Shown: piece by piece, positions 28,354 through 37,010 of the stretch
Position numbering within the stretch: the first letter of the stretch is position 1
Layout: each line of letters begins with the position of its first letter
The notes under the pieces: generated by a model
Database searches by the model: none
What the model saw: only the letters and a program-made list of their open reading frames with translations
Told to the model about the DNA's origin: nothing
IMG/VR virus record: IMGVR_UViG_3300027749_000060
Coordinates: 1 to 64,000 of that record
Origin: a virus
DNA length: 64,000 nt
Reading direction: 5' to 3' (one strand)
Position numbers and translations under genes: made by a program

Positions 28354-29676
28354 TTATATGCCAATAGTAGAAACAGTTGCTACAATGTCAGGTAAATTTA
28401 TCCCAGCGGCTGCACTATCAGTGTAGTAAGTCCAGTCATCGCCGTTGCTACTAGCTGCAACTCTTGCACCATATCCAACTGCTAAAAATTCTGATCTTGC
28501 ATTGTTCCATAGTATACTCGATCCTGCAACAGAATTCCAAGGTAGATTATTTAAACTATGCGATACAGTCCATTGAGTACCATCGTATGTAAATATATCT
28601 GAGCTGCTACCTATAACATAAAAACCGTATCCAACTTTAAAAGTTGCACCGCCAGATCCTAACACTGATAAACTGCCAGCCTGTGCTAGTCCAGGATTAT
28701 AAGCCCAAATTATGCCATCATAACTAGTTGCTGCTTTATTATTATCCAATGATAATGCTAAGTATCCGGTTGCCAATGACCCCGAATATACTATTGTTGT
28801 TACTCTAGTAGATTGTCCCCATGCAACATTATTTTTTAAATCGTCTATAATAGTCCAAGTAGCACCATCGGTTGTTTTTGCCATGATGCCGCCTTCGCCA
28901 CCTATTATAAAATTTGTTCCATCCCAAGTAATGGCTGTTACATCAGTTTGTTGCCAAGTTGTACCCGATAGGCTTGGTTGATAAGTCCAAGTTTGCCCGT
29001 CGATAGTGGTAGCAATACGAGCACTATTTCCTACTGCTATAGAAATTGAATTATTTGTTGCAACTGCATTTATATCATTTGATCCCCAGTCTTGTAAACT
29101 AGAAATACCAGTGGCATTAGTCCACACTAGCCCGTCTGTACTGATTCCCATCCATCCTTGCTGCCCTACTACTATATATTTTTTTCCTATCATTCTGACT
29201 ACACTAGTGGCATCTACTGTACTAGGCCAGGTAATATTAATTAGCCCCGGCTGATATGTCCAGCTTTCGCCAGTGGGACTAGTGGCAACTTTACCACTTT
29301 TACCTACTATTAAATATTCGTTTCTATCAGATGCCCAAATAGCTGCACTAATTTTATCAATTGCGCCCCATAAAGTTTGAGCTAATCCTATACTTGCAAT
29401 TGATGTAGGATCAACAATGCTGGCACGTATAGTATCCCCATCGTCGAGTATTAATTTTTCAGATTCAACAACATAAGTATCATGCGAAGTTAATGGTACA
29501 TTATAATAAATTAACGTTTGAATTCCAGGCTCATAATTTTTTGGTACAGCATACACATTAAATAAAATTGGTATGGTGCCGGTGTTGCAGAAATACATAG
29601 TAGTAACTGCATTACTGCCGTTACTAACGTAAATATTAGCTATAGTTGGTGTTATAATTGTACTTGTTAATGCCAT
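28354..29676 (-). CDS. Virion structural protein with inserted BNR/Asp-box beta-propeller-like domain
   Basis: Six (S/T)xDGxxWT-type repeats (SPTGESWT, STDGLVWT, TIDGQTWT, TTDGATWT, SYDGIIWA, SSNGDDWT) between a small N-terminal core and the terminal strand IVATVSTIGI. Confidence 0.8.
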   Translation of the reverse strand: MALTSTIITPTIANIYVSNGSNAVTTMYFCNTGTIPILFNVYAVPKNYEPGIQTLIYYNVPLTSHDTYVVESEKLILDDGDTIRASIVDPTSIASIGLAQTLWGAIDKISAAIWASDRNEYLIVGKSGKVATSPTGESWTYQPGLINITWPSTVDATSVVRMIGKKYIVVGQQGWMGISTDGLVWTNATGISSLQDWGSNDINAVATNNSISIAVGNSARIATTIDGQTWTYQPSLSGTTWQQTDVTAITWDGTNFIIGGEGGIMAKTTDGATWTIIDDLKNNVAWGQSTRVTTIVYSGSLATGYLALSLDNNKAATSYDGIIWAYNPGLAQAGSLSVLGSGGATFKVGYGFYVIGSSSDIFTYDGTQWTVSHSLNNLPWNSVAGSSILWNNARSEFLAVGYGARVAASSNGDDWTYYTDSAAAGINLPDIVATVSTIGI

Positions 29677-29684
29677 AAAATATC

Positions 29685-30317
29685 CTATAACACTAATGAA
29701 AATATTAGTGCTTTTCTTTTTGTGATCAATTCTGCGTTTAAAACTGACGAATTTGATACATATAAACCTGCGGCGCCCGCACCAGGTGCTTTACTATATA
29801 CCACTGTAGCATCATTCACTGCTGGTAATACATTTGTAACCGAATGACTAATTTGTACGCCGGCATTTGACCCAGTTGGTGCATTTCCCGGTACTAATAC
29901 TATGTTCTCTCCCGGTGAAGATCTAATTTCGTATCCGGCTAAATTTAAATGCCCGCCCAATGTTGGTGTTGGGTCGTCTGCCACTCTTGACATAATGTCT
30001 CTATATAAAACACTATCATATGTCATTTGCCATTTATTTAATTGCTCAGTCCATTGTATTGCTGCTTTTGGACTATCGCCGCGACTGACTTCTATACCAG
30101 CATTTAATACAGGTGTTCCTGATGTTACATTAGCAGCCAATGTAATAAAGTTATCAGAAATTAATGTTTCAACAGATCCAATATTAGTTTGATTACCAAC
30201 TACTAGTAAATTGCCAAAAATACTCACTGAGCCGCGGCCGCCTAAAGCGTCAATGTAGATATTACCGCCTAAAGCGGTTAAATACCAATCGCCAGATGTA
30301 CGATCAACCGTAGCCAT
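29685..30317 (-). CDS. Virion structural protein (fibre/neck-associated)
   Basis: GNLLVVGNQTNIGSVETLISDNFITL...AGIEVSRG resembles segments of the collagen fibre ([26 protein letters not shown]); late promoter upstream. Confidence 0.7.
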   Translation of the reverse strand: MATVDRTSGDWYLTALGGNIYIDALGGRGSVSIFGNLLVVGNQTNIGSVETLISDNFITLAANVTSGTPVLNAGIEVSRGDSPKAAIQWTEQLNKWQMTYDSVLYRDIMSRVADDPTPTLGGHLNLAGYEIRSSPGENIVLVPGNAPTGSNAGVQISHSVTNVLPAVNDATVVYSKAPGAGAAGLYVSNSSVLNAELITKRKALIFSLVL

Positions 30318-30336
30318 GAATTATTCCTATTTTAGA

Positions 30337-30343
30337 TATTTAT
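30337..30343 (-). promoter_or_regulatory. Late promoter core (GATAAATA)
   Basis: tatttatc 20 nt upstream of the ATG at 30317, just after a terminator. Confidence 0.65.
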
Positions 30344-30358
30344 CATCTAAGATAAGTT

Positions 30359-30388
30359 AAAAAAATAGCTGCCACAGCAGCTATTTTT
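30359..30388 (-). terminator. Intrinsic terminator (possibly bidirectional)
   Basis: aaaaatagctgc-caca-gcagctattttt inverted repeat with U-tract on the minus strand, just after the stop at 30403. Confidence 0.85.
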
Positions 30389-30402
30389 ATTTAAAAACGA
30401 GT

Positions 30403-31413
30403 TTAAGCGTTTGATATTTTGATGTTAACATCGGCTGCAAAGTACGGTTGATTGTCATATACTTTAGTACCGCTAGTACCATTTGCAGTCCATGCTACTG
30501 AACTATCACTTGCAAATTGATGACTAGCACCAGTACCACGAGTTACTCGTGCTCGATGATTTGATAACTTTGTAATGTAATATTGATTGCCAGCAGTGTC
30601 GGTTGCTGTGATAGAAGCTTCGCCGGCTGCATTTACAGCTGAATCTTTCAACTTGACAATACCAGTTCTTGTACCATCTGTTACTTTATAACGACGACCA
30701 GAAACTTGTCTAATTACATCAACTGCGGTTGCCGAACCACCAGTTAAGTATGCTGTCATAGTAATTGCATTCTCGTTTTGACCAACTACAGCCGATGATC
30801 CCATTACTGCATCACCAGTAACCGATTGGCTAAATGATACAGCCGCATCGGTTGGATCGGTATATCCAGAACCGTTGTTAATCATCAACACTGATTTGGC
30901 ACGATAACGCAATGTTAATGTTGCGCCAGTGGCTGTACTTGCTGAGCCGTCGGCGTGTGTTACTGTAGTTGCTTGTGCCCCAGTTGCTAAAGCACCCGAT
31001 GCATACAAGAATGTGCCACGGCTCAATGGTGTTACAGCAGTAACATCGTCGCCGCCGGTTCCACCAATTGTATCAACTGTAAAAGTTGCTGTGCCGGCGG
31101 AAGTAGTAACTGTTAGAATATCACCGGCTACGTATCCAGCCATTGTACCGCCAATGTCAGTTGCACTTTCAACTTCAGATGTAACGCTACCAGTTGCACG
31201 TACAGCACCTAGTGCTAACTTGTCCGGATCACTGAATGTAGTTGATGGTCGTACCGTATACGCACCCAGGGCAGTTAATGTTACACTAGCAATCCGATTA
31301 CCACCAAGACCGTCATCGCCTTGATTTGCAGAATTATGTGCGTTTGTACTTTCGGCACCATTAGCGCCGATGTTACGATTACCAAAATATTTTTTATTTA
31401 AAGGACGTCCCAT
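30403..31413 (-). CDS. Virion structural protein, probably abundant
   Basis: 336 aa Ala/Gly/Thr-rich, MGRPLNKKYFG start; own late promoter, structured leader, strong TAAGGAG RBS and own terminator. Confidence 0.75.
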   Translation of the reverse strand: MGRPLNKKYFGNRNIGANGAESTNAHNSANQGDDGLGGNRIASVTLTALGAYTVRPSTTFSDPDKLALGAVRATGSVTSEVESATDIGGTMAGYVAGDILTVTTSAGTATFTVDTIGGTGGDDVTAVTPLSRGTFLYASGALATGAQATTVTHADGSASTATGATLTLRYRAKSVLMINNGSGYTDPTDAAVSFSQSVTGDAVMGSSAVVGQNENAITMTAYLTGGSATAVDVIRQVSGRRYKVTDGTRTGIVKLKDSAVNAAGEASITATDTAGNQYYITKLSNHRARVTRGTGASHQFASDSSVAWTANGTSGTKVYDNQPYFAADVNIKISNA

Positions 31414-31508
31414 TTTATTTTCTCCTTAAGAATTTATGGCGTTCTATGCCATACGCGGTTGGATTTCCGCATAAAACTTGCCCTATGCAAGTCGTACTGT
31501 CTATTTAT
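31414..31508 (-). promoter_or_regulatory. Late promoter core (31502-31508) followed by a three-hairpin 5' leader
   Basis: Stems acttgc/gcaagt (31476-31492), tacgcgg/ccgcata (31452-31473, one G-U on the minus strand) and tatggc/gccata (31435-31453). Confidence 0.65.
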
Positions 31509-32161
31509 CAATTTAATTCAAATAATATTAAATGAGGTGTTCCAATTGGCACTACAAAACTAATTTGATCTATTTCTATTGCATCACCTTCGTTTAATAC
31601 GATATCGTTAATAGTGCAGCTTCCTTCTAGTACCAGTAAGTAACTAAAGTCATTCGTTTTTAGATTTTGATCTAGTATTCCTGCCCAACAACTAAATCTA
31701 GTATTTTTAAACACTATAGGCAGCAGAGCAAAGCCTACAGGGCGATCAAAAAAATTGTATTTAGGAGTTTGATCCCAATCTATTGTATTAGGATAAATCC
31801 ATATTTGCAAATATCTATTAGACTCTGAGCCTTCATTAGACAATTCGTGCCATATACTATCACCGCACCAAAAATGTTGCACTTGCCCGGCACGAGCTAT
31901 ATTATCATTGCCAATGTTATCCCGATGTCTACATTGTCCAGCAATGACATAATTGATTATGTCTAGTCCGCAATGTTCATGCCAGCTGGTAATAAATCCC
32001 GGTTTAGTTCTATCATCATTGATTGTTGTCACCGGACCCCAGTTTGTATACTTAGGATCGCGATAATTCATACAACTAAAACTACGATAACTTTGATAGT
32101 TGTCTTCCCCTAAACGATTTAATGGAATAAATCCTCTAGTGTCTGCTGGTCTAATTTTCAT
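31508..32161 (-). CDS. Pirin-family (YhhW-like) bicupin protein
   Basis: SYRSFS...Y.DP....WGP...INDD...PG...HEH..LDIINYV..G...HRDNIGN...AGQVQ...G..IWH...N.......LQIWI.P matches the pirin N-terminal cupin pattern. Confidence 0.85.
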   Translation of the reverse strand: MKIRPADTRGFIPLNRLGEDNYQSYRSFSCMNYRDPKYTNWGPVTTINDDRTKPGFITSWHEHCGLDIINYVIAGQCRHRDNIGNDNIARAGQVQHFWCGDSIWHELSNEGSESNRYLQIWIYPNTIDWDQTPKYNFFDRPVGFALLPIVFKNTRFSCWAGILDQNLKTNDFSYLLVLEGSCTINDIVLNEGDAIEIDQISFVVPIGTPHLILFELN

Positions 32162-32167
32162 ATACAG

Positions 32168-32174
32168 TATTTAA
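32168..32174 (-). promoter_or_regulatory. Late promoter variant (TTAAATA) 6 nt before the pirin ATG
   Basis: Minus strand reads TTAAATA-ctgtat-ATG directly after a terminator; no SD. Confidence 0.5.
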
Positions 32175-32181
32175 TAGCCGT

Positions 32182-32208
32182 AAAAAAGCCTACTATAAAA
32201 GTAGGCTT
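32182..32208 (-). terminator. Intrinsic terminator
   Basis: aagcctact-N5-agtaggctt stem followed by a U-tract on the minus strand. Confidence 0.85.
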
Positions 32209-32228
32209 GATTTTTAAATAACTACTGA

Positions 32229-32615
32229 TTAACAGTCGTTAACAATACTGTAGCCAACTAACTCGCCGTCCCAAACACGAACACTAGTTAGACCAGTTGT
32301 TGCATTAATTGCATCTTCTAGTAGACTGTTACGTTGCTGATCGGCTGCTGCACGGTTTGAGGGAAACGGTGCTGTTTCTGCACTGGCAATAACTGTAAAC
32401 CAATGATTATCTGGCTTACCAATTCCGTACAATTCAATGCTTTGTTGCAATCCTCTAATAGCTTTTGAGTACAAACTATTTGGTAATAGATAGTTGGTTT
32501 CTACATCTTGCTGCATATCAACTTGAAAAAACGCTAGATTGCGAGTTCCCATAGTTGTTGTTGGTTGTGTTTTCTGATAATTAACTGCTAAGTCTGTTCC
32601 GGTTAGATTTGCCAT
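32229..32615 (-). CDS. Hypothetical protein next to the major capsid gene (possible head decoration protein)
   Basis: 128 aa; own late promoter (32642-32648), AAGGAG RBS and terminator; function inferred from position only. Confidence 0.6.
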   Translation of the reverse strand: MANLTGTDLAVNYQKTQPTTTMGTRNLAFFQVDMQQDVETNYLLPNSLYSKAIRGLQQSIELYGIGKPDNHWFTVIASAETAPFPSNRAAADQQRNSLLEDAINATTGLTSVRVWDGELVGYSIVNDC

Positions 32616-32641
32616 AATGGCTCCTTATAATTTAGTAATAA

Positions 32642-32648
32642 TATTTAT
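32642..32648 (-). promoter_or_regulatory. Late promoter core (GATAAATA)
   Basis: tatttatc on plus strand 27 nt upstream of the ATG at 32615. Confidence 0.65.
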
Positions 32649-32681
32649 CAAAACTTGATAATTTATTATTGATTAGCCAAC

Positions 32682-32704
32682 AAAAAAGGCTCCAAAGAGC
32701 CTTT
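32682..32704 (-). terminator. Intrinsic terminator of the head operon
   Basis: aaaggctc-N4-gagccttt stem with U-tract on the minus strand, downstream of the capsid stop. Confidence 0.8.
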
Positions 32705-32747
32705 AATGTAACTTCCCATCCCAAGGGTAAAAAGTTTGGTTCCGTTT

Positions 32748-33917
32748 TTATTGGAACGATAGATTTTGTACAGCGATCTCAGAAACGTAGTCACCTGCGT
32801 TGCCTAAAGAACTTGCTGTATTTGTTAATTCAACATATCCATAACGTGTCATGAAACCAACTACTGGCTCAAACGTTTGTGGATCTAGAACAACACCACT
32901 GCTCATCAATGGAACATATGGGCAATAGAATGCTGCTGCGTCAGCTTCGCTGGAACCTTTGTATCCAACTAAAACTGGCTTTTGGTCGTCAGCATAGCTG
33001 TCAACGAAAATACGCATTGCGCCATTCAATGTACCAACAAACTTAGTGTTTGTAGGTGCTTCAAATGTACCTTCTGTAGTACGAGCAAAAGCACTAGTTG
33101 TAGCAGACTGTAGCACAGTTAGTGCAGCAGATGAAACAACAGCCCAGTTTGCAGCGCCACGACGTGTACGTTGTGCAATTGAGTTAGCTGCGCGGTTAAT
33201 TAAAACAGCTAGAGCAGCATGCTCGTCACCAACGAATGTTGCGGTTCCAGATACAGCGGCCTGATTGTAATAGAATTCAGTTGCGGCTAGTGAGCGCAAT
33301 GATGCTAAAACTTCCTGGTCAATTTCAACTGTAATTTCTTGTGCTAGAGCAGCCATGATTTCTGCTTCAACATCCAAACCGTGCATAGCTTGTGCGTCTT
33401 GAGCAGCTTCAAATGTCCAACGAGCAGATAGCTTACGAGTACGAGCCTCAACTACTTGCTTCAAGATTTGAACATTGATACGATTTCCTGGTACACCTTC
33501 TAATGCACTTGTTGAATATGCTCTTGATGTTGCTGGGTTACCAGAATATGCTGTAGCAATTTTGAATGGGCTTAGTGCTTCGTCACCAACGCTAGCGCCA
33601 TCGTTTCCTGCGGAAACATTATCAGCATAACGAACACGTAAAGTGTGGATCTGTGCAACAGGTCCGGTCATTGGTTGTACACCAACAATTTCGTTAGCAA
33701 TAACGGTAGGCATTACACGACGAATAACTGGAAGAATTACACGGTTAAGTGTAGACATATTTCCAGATGTTGTTGCACCGGTGCTTGCTGTCTCAGCTAG
33801 ATTTCTGCGAGTATTTTCTAGGATAATACTCATTGTTGTGCGGCGTGATCCTTGTAGACCTTCTAGCAGGGCATCTTTAGTTTCGCCCCAACGGCCTTCT
33901 AATAGTTCTTGTGTCAT
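32748..33917 (-). CDS. gp23: Major capsid protein (T4 gp23-like)
   Basis: RRVMPTVIANEIVGVQPMTGP, V.ARTRKL.A.WT.E.AQD..AMHG.D.EAE, YCPYVPL, DP.TF.P..GF.TRYG are gp23 family motifs. Confidence 0.97.
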   Translation of the reverse strand: MTQELLEGRWGETKDALLEGLQGSRRTTMSIILENTRRNLAETASTGATTSGNMSTLNRVILPVIRRVMPTVIANEIVGVQPMTGPVAQIHTLRVRYADNVSAGNDGASVGDEALSPFKIATAYSGNPATSRAYSTSALEGVPGNRINVQILKQVVEARTRKLSARWTFEAAQDAQAMHGLDVEAEIMAALAQEITVEIDQEVLASLRSLAATEFYYNQAAVSGTATFVGDEHAALAVLINRAANSIAQRTRRGAANWAVVSSAALTVLQSATTSAFARTTEGTFEAPTNTKFVGTLNGAMRIFVDSYADDQKPVLVGYKGSSEADAAAFYCPYVPLMSSGVVLDPQTFEPVVGFMTRYGYVELTNTASSLGNAGDYVSEIAVQNLSFQ

Positions 33918-33943
33918 TTTCTTTCCTTTAAGGTTTAACTATA

Positions 33944-35038
33944 TTATTTTAACCCTGCTAATCGACGTAACTCAACAACATTAGTGTTGGATTGAGTTGT
34001 CACTTTAGCAGTCTTATCTCCAGTTACTGCAACATGTCCTTCATTTAGAGTAGTCGTAGACTTCTCTTTTGTAGAACTTGATGTTAGTACTGCTGGAAGA
34101 TACTTATCAAATGCCGACTTTAATTTATCAGTCTGCACGTTTTCAAGAAGTTCGCGCATTACCACTTGCTTCTCGCGGGTAAGAGTACCCAATAATCCAG
34201 AAATTACTTCCTTACGATTAATACTCTCAGTAATCACGCGAATTTCGCGATCTTTCGATTCAACAAGCTGACGTGTATCAACTGCGGCTTTAGAAGCCTC
34301 ATTGATTTGTGCTTGTTGTTGATTAATAACTTGTTTTAGTTTTTGCAATTCGCGATTTTCATTAAGATGAGTCAATGAAAATTCACCAGCAAAAGCTTCG
34401 AATATACGACGGCCAAACATGTTCTCACGAGCAAGTTGAATGTCTTCTTTGAGTTGTGATAGTTCAGCACCTAGTTTTGTAGTCACTGATTCTTTAACAA
34501 GTTGTGCGCTGCTAGCAATGAAACGTTTTTGTAATTCGCTAATTTTTTCTCTAGCTTCTGCAACTAGTTTAACTTTAGTTTCAATTACGGCTTGTTTGTC
34601 TTGCGCAAATTCTCTAATTTCTCCCGCCAATGAGCGAACAATGAATTGTTCTAGACGACGATAGTTTTCAGTTTGAATTTTGCGGTCTTTGTGCAACTCT
34701 TTAATTTCTTCAGCTAGTTTAGTAGCCATGAAATTATTGAATCTGCCAGCACTTTCCATCATGTGGTTTTTAACACGCACACGATCTTCTACTACAGCTT
34801 GTTTTTCGCCAACAAATTCTTCAATTTCTTTAGCGAGACTTTCAGTAACCATTTTGTCTAGGGCTTCTACCATTACTTGTTTGTCATGATTGTAGCGACT
34901 AGCCATTTCTTCGCGCAATTCGGCGCGAATACTTTCACGAGCTTCATTTAACTTGGTTTCCCAAGCTTCACTGATAGCTGTACGAGTTTCCTCGTTAACA
35001 ATGCCACTATCTAATAATGGTTTGATAGCATCAAACAT
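33944..35038 (-). CDS. gp22: Prohead core scaffold protein (gp22-like)
   Basis: Coiled-coil, Glu/Lys-rich 364-aa protein between protease and capsid genes. Confidence 0.85.
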   Translation of the reverse strand: MFDAIKPLLDSGIVNEETRTAISEAWETKLNEARESIRAELREEMASRYNHDKQVMVEALDKMVTESLAKEIEEFVGEKQAVVEDRVRVKNHMMESAGRFNNFMATKLAEEIKELHKDRKIQTENYRRLEQFIVRSLAGEIREFAQDKQAVIETKVKLVAEAREKISELQKRFIASSAQLVKESVTTKLGAELSQLKEDIQLARENMFGRRIFEAFAGEFSLTHLNENRELQKLKQVINQQQAQINEASKAAVDTRQLVESKDREIRVITESINRKEVISGLLGTLTREKQVVMRELLENVQTDKLKSAFDKYLPAVLTSSSTKEKSTTTLNEGHVAVTGDKTAKVTTQSNTNVVELRRLAGLK

Positions 35039-35050
35039 AATAGCTTTCTC

Positions 35051-35686
35051 CTATAATTTTAAGTCATTGATCAAGCGAGTTACCTGCTCTTTCAAATACT
35101 TTTGCACTTTTTTGTCGCCCTGAGCATCACGAGCTATTTCTAGCGCCTTGTGCCCATGTTTCATATTAAACAAACCTTCATAGATGGCTGTTGGATATGC
35201 ATGTGGCGCACTAGGTTGTGCTACAATGTCAACTGTGACTATCTCGAATTCACTGACGTGCCCAGTGCCTTCGCTGACGTTACCGCTACCGCGGCTTGAA
35301 ACACCTAATTTAACACCACTTTCTAACATGGTTCGGACTAACTGTCCCATAGGTGTTGGTAGAATCTTTAACTTGCCGCAGCCTGCAGGACCATCCATCC
35401 ACATTTGTTCAATCATGTGGCTGACACGGTCCAAATTAATTTTTAAATCATCTGGGTGATCTACTTCGCCTAGGACGCTGTAGCCACCTTTGATTTGCTC
35501 ATTAATCTCTGACACTGCTTTGGTAATTTCATTAACAGGGTAAATACGCTCGTTTAGATTTCTTACGCCGCCTTCAATGAAAATACCTTTCATGTAGCAC
35601 TCTTTGACTGAGCCAGACTTGCTATCCTCGTAGAGGACTTCCATGCCAGCACGGTCAAAGGTAAGATTTTCTTTTAAATAAGCCAT
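35051..35686 (-). CDS. gp21: Prohead protease (gp21-like)
   Basis: GIF.....N.N.R.YP, GEVDHP, VSH, LGVSSRGSG, D.VAQPSAP.A motifs. Confidence 0.95.
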   Translation of the reverse strand: MAYLKENLTFDRAGMEVLYEDSKSGSVKECYMKGIFIEGGVRNLNERIYPVNEITKAVSEINEQIKGGYSVLGEVDHPDDLKINLDRVSHMIEQMWMDGPAGCGKLKILPTPMGQLVRTMLESGVKLGVSSRGSGNVSEGTGHVSEFEIVTVDIVAQPSAPHAYPTAIYEGLFNMKHGHKALEIARDAQGDKKVQKYLKEQVTRLINDLKL

Positions 35687-35695
35687 TATAACTAA

Positions 35696-36640
35696 TTAAC
35701 GAGTGGTTTTACGTGCTACTTTACGTGACTCAGCTACTACGCTGCCTTTAGCAACCGGAACTGAACCATCGGTAGTTTGTCCTTCTTTGCCATGATTCTT
35801 TTCATAGCTGGTTTCATTCTTGTTAAAGAACTTGTTAGCACCATTGCCGCCAGGAACATTAACATTGCGTTTAGCGATGTCATTTTCTGTAGCACCTTTG
35901 CTATATGCATTGTTTGGTTTGGTATAAGCCTTACCTTCGGGCGCCGCTTCCGATCCACCTTGGGCAATATTTTTGTTAGTTCCGCCCATGTTGTTCTTAG
36001 GTTGATTTAGGCTTTTAGAATTAACAGAGGTACTACCACCACTGCTGCCAATTAGTTTGCCTTCAGATCCGCCCTTTTTTTCAGCGCCATGACCGTCTTT
36101 AACTGGAATAACATATTCCATCAATTCCGAATCATCCATTCCCGGTGCTTCACCATGCATGCTGTGTATACTTACATCACCATGTACACCTGGCTCGCCG
36201 TCTTCCTCATTTTCTTCGCCAGCAATGATTTTATCAAACTTTGCTTGCAATTCGTCTAATTCTGCTTCTAGGCCCATAACACGGTTGGACAAATCTTCTT
36301 CGCCTTCTTCGCCGCCTTCTTCGTCGCCAAATGGGTTTTCTTCTTTGCCTTCTTCGCCGCCTTCTTCGTCGCCAAATGGGTTTTCTTCATCGGAATCTGA
36401 CGATGGCATTTCCATTTCGCCTTCTTCTTCTTCCTGTTCTTCGCTCATGCCAAGATGATCATTGGAAATTTCGTCTACTAGATCGTCTACACCGTTTGAT
36501 TCGCCATGTGGGCTAACTTCATCGATTAGATTTTCATAAATTGATCTTGATTTTTCAACAACGATTTGGTGAAAAAGTTCACGTGCTTTGTCTTCTTGCT
36601 CATTGATGATATATTCAATTAGCTTTTCAAATTGGTTCAT
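35696..36640 (-). CDS. Acidic prohead core/internal protein (gp67/68-like position)
   Basis: Very Glu/Asp-rich centre, basic Gly/Asn-rich C-terminus. Start moved to ATG at 36640 (MNQFEKLIE) because AAGGAG lies 6 nt upstream. Confidence 0.7.
   Translation of the reverse strand: MNQFEKLIEYIINEQEDKARELFHQIVVEKSRSIYENLIDEVSPHGESNGVDDLVDEISNDHLGMSEEQEEEEGEMEMPSSDSDEENPFGDEEGGEEGKEENPFGDEEGGEEGEEDLSNRVMGLEAELDELQAKFDKIIAGEENEEDGEPGVHGDVSIHSMHGEAPGMDDSELMEYVIPVKDGHGAEKKGGSEGKLIGSSGGSTSVNSKSLNQPKNNMGGTNKNIAQGGSEAAPEGKAYTKPNNAYSKGATENDIAKRNVNVPGGNGANKFFNKNETSYEKNHGKEGQTTDGSVPVAKGSVVAESRKVARKTTR
36299..36388. repeat. Direct coding duplication EENPFGDEEGGEEG x2
   Basis: gccttcttcgccgccttcttcgtcgccaaatgggttttcttc occurs twice in tandem. 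Confidence 0.85.
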
Positions 36641-36751
36641 AGGAGGCTCCTTGTAATTATGTGAGTTAACCACATTATGTGGTCGCTTAATGATATTTAC
36701 ATAATATCGTAATATTATGCGTTAAATGGCGGTTTTTTGACGGTTTTTAAA

Positions 36752-36982
36752 TTAAAGACCAGGCATTCCAGCTGCTGCTGGGGGCTTGTACTGCTTTGCT
36801 ACGTCTTCAACTTCTTGTTGACGTTCAAATGTACGTAGGTCATTCATAACTCTCAGGCGTTTAATTTGTAGTAGAGTTAATCGGCTTTTACGAGAATCTG
36901 TCATTTTTTTAACAGATTGGTCGTCATTTTCAGAGCTGTAGCCTTCAGCTGAATTAGTACTAAAAAATTCGGTTATAAACAT
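36752..36982 (-). CDS. Small head-module protein
   Basis: 76 aa, DSRKSRLTLLQIKRLR; between portal and core genes; late promoter core 6 nt upstream. Confidence 0.7.
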   Translation of the reverse strand: MFITEFFSTNSAEGYSSENDDQSVKKMTDSRKSRLTLLQIKRLRVMNDLRTFERQQEVEDVAKQYKPPAAAGMPGL

Positions 36983-36988
36983 ATATGA

Positions 36989-36995
36989 TATTTAT
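36989..36995 (-). promoter_or_regulatory. Late promoter core (GATAAATA) 6 nt before ATG
   Basis: Minus strand ATAAATA-tcatat-ATG. Confidence 0.6.
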
Positions 36996-37010
36996 CAAAC
37001 AAATTAAAAA

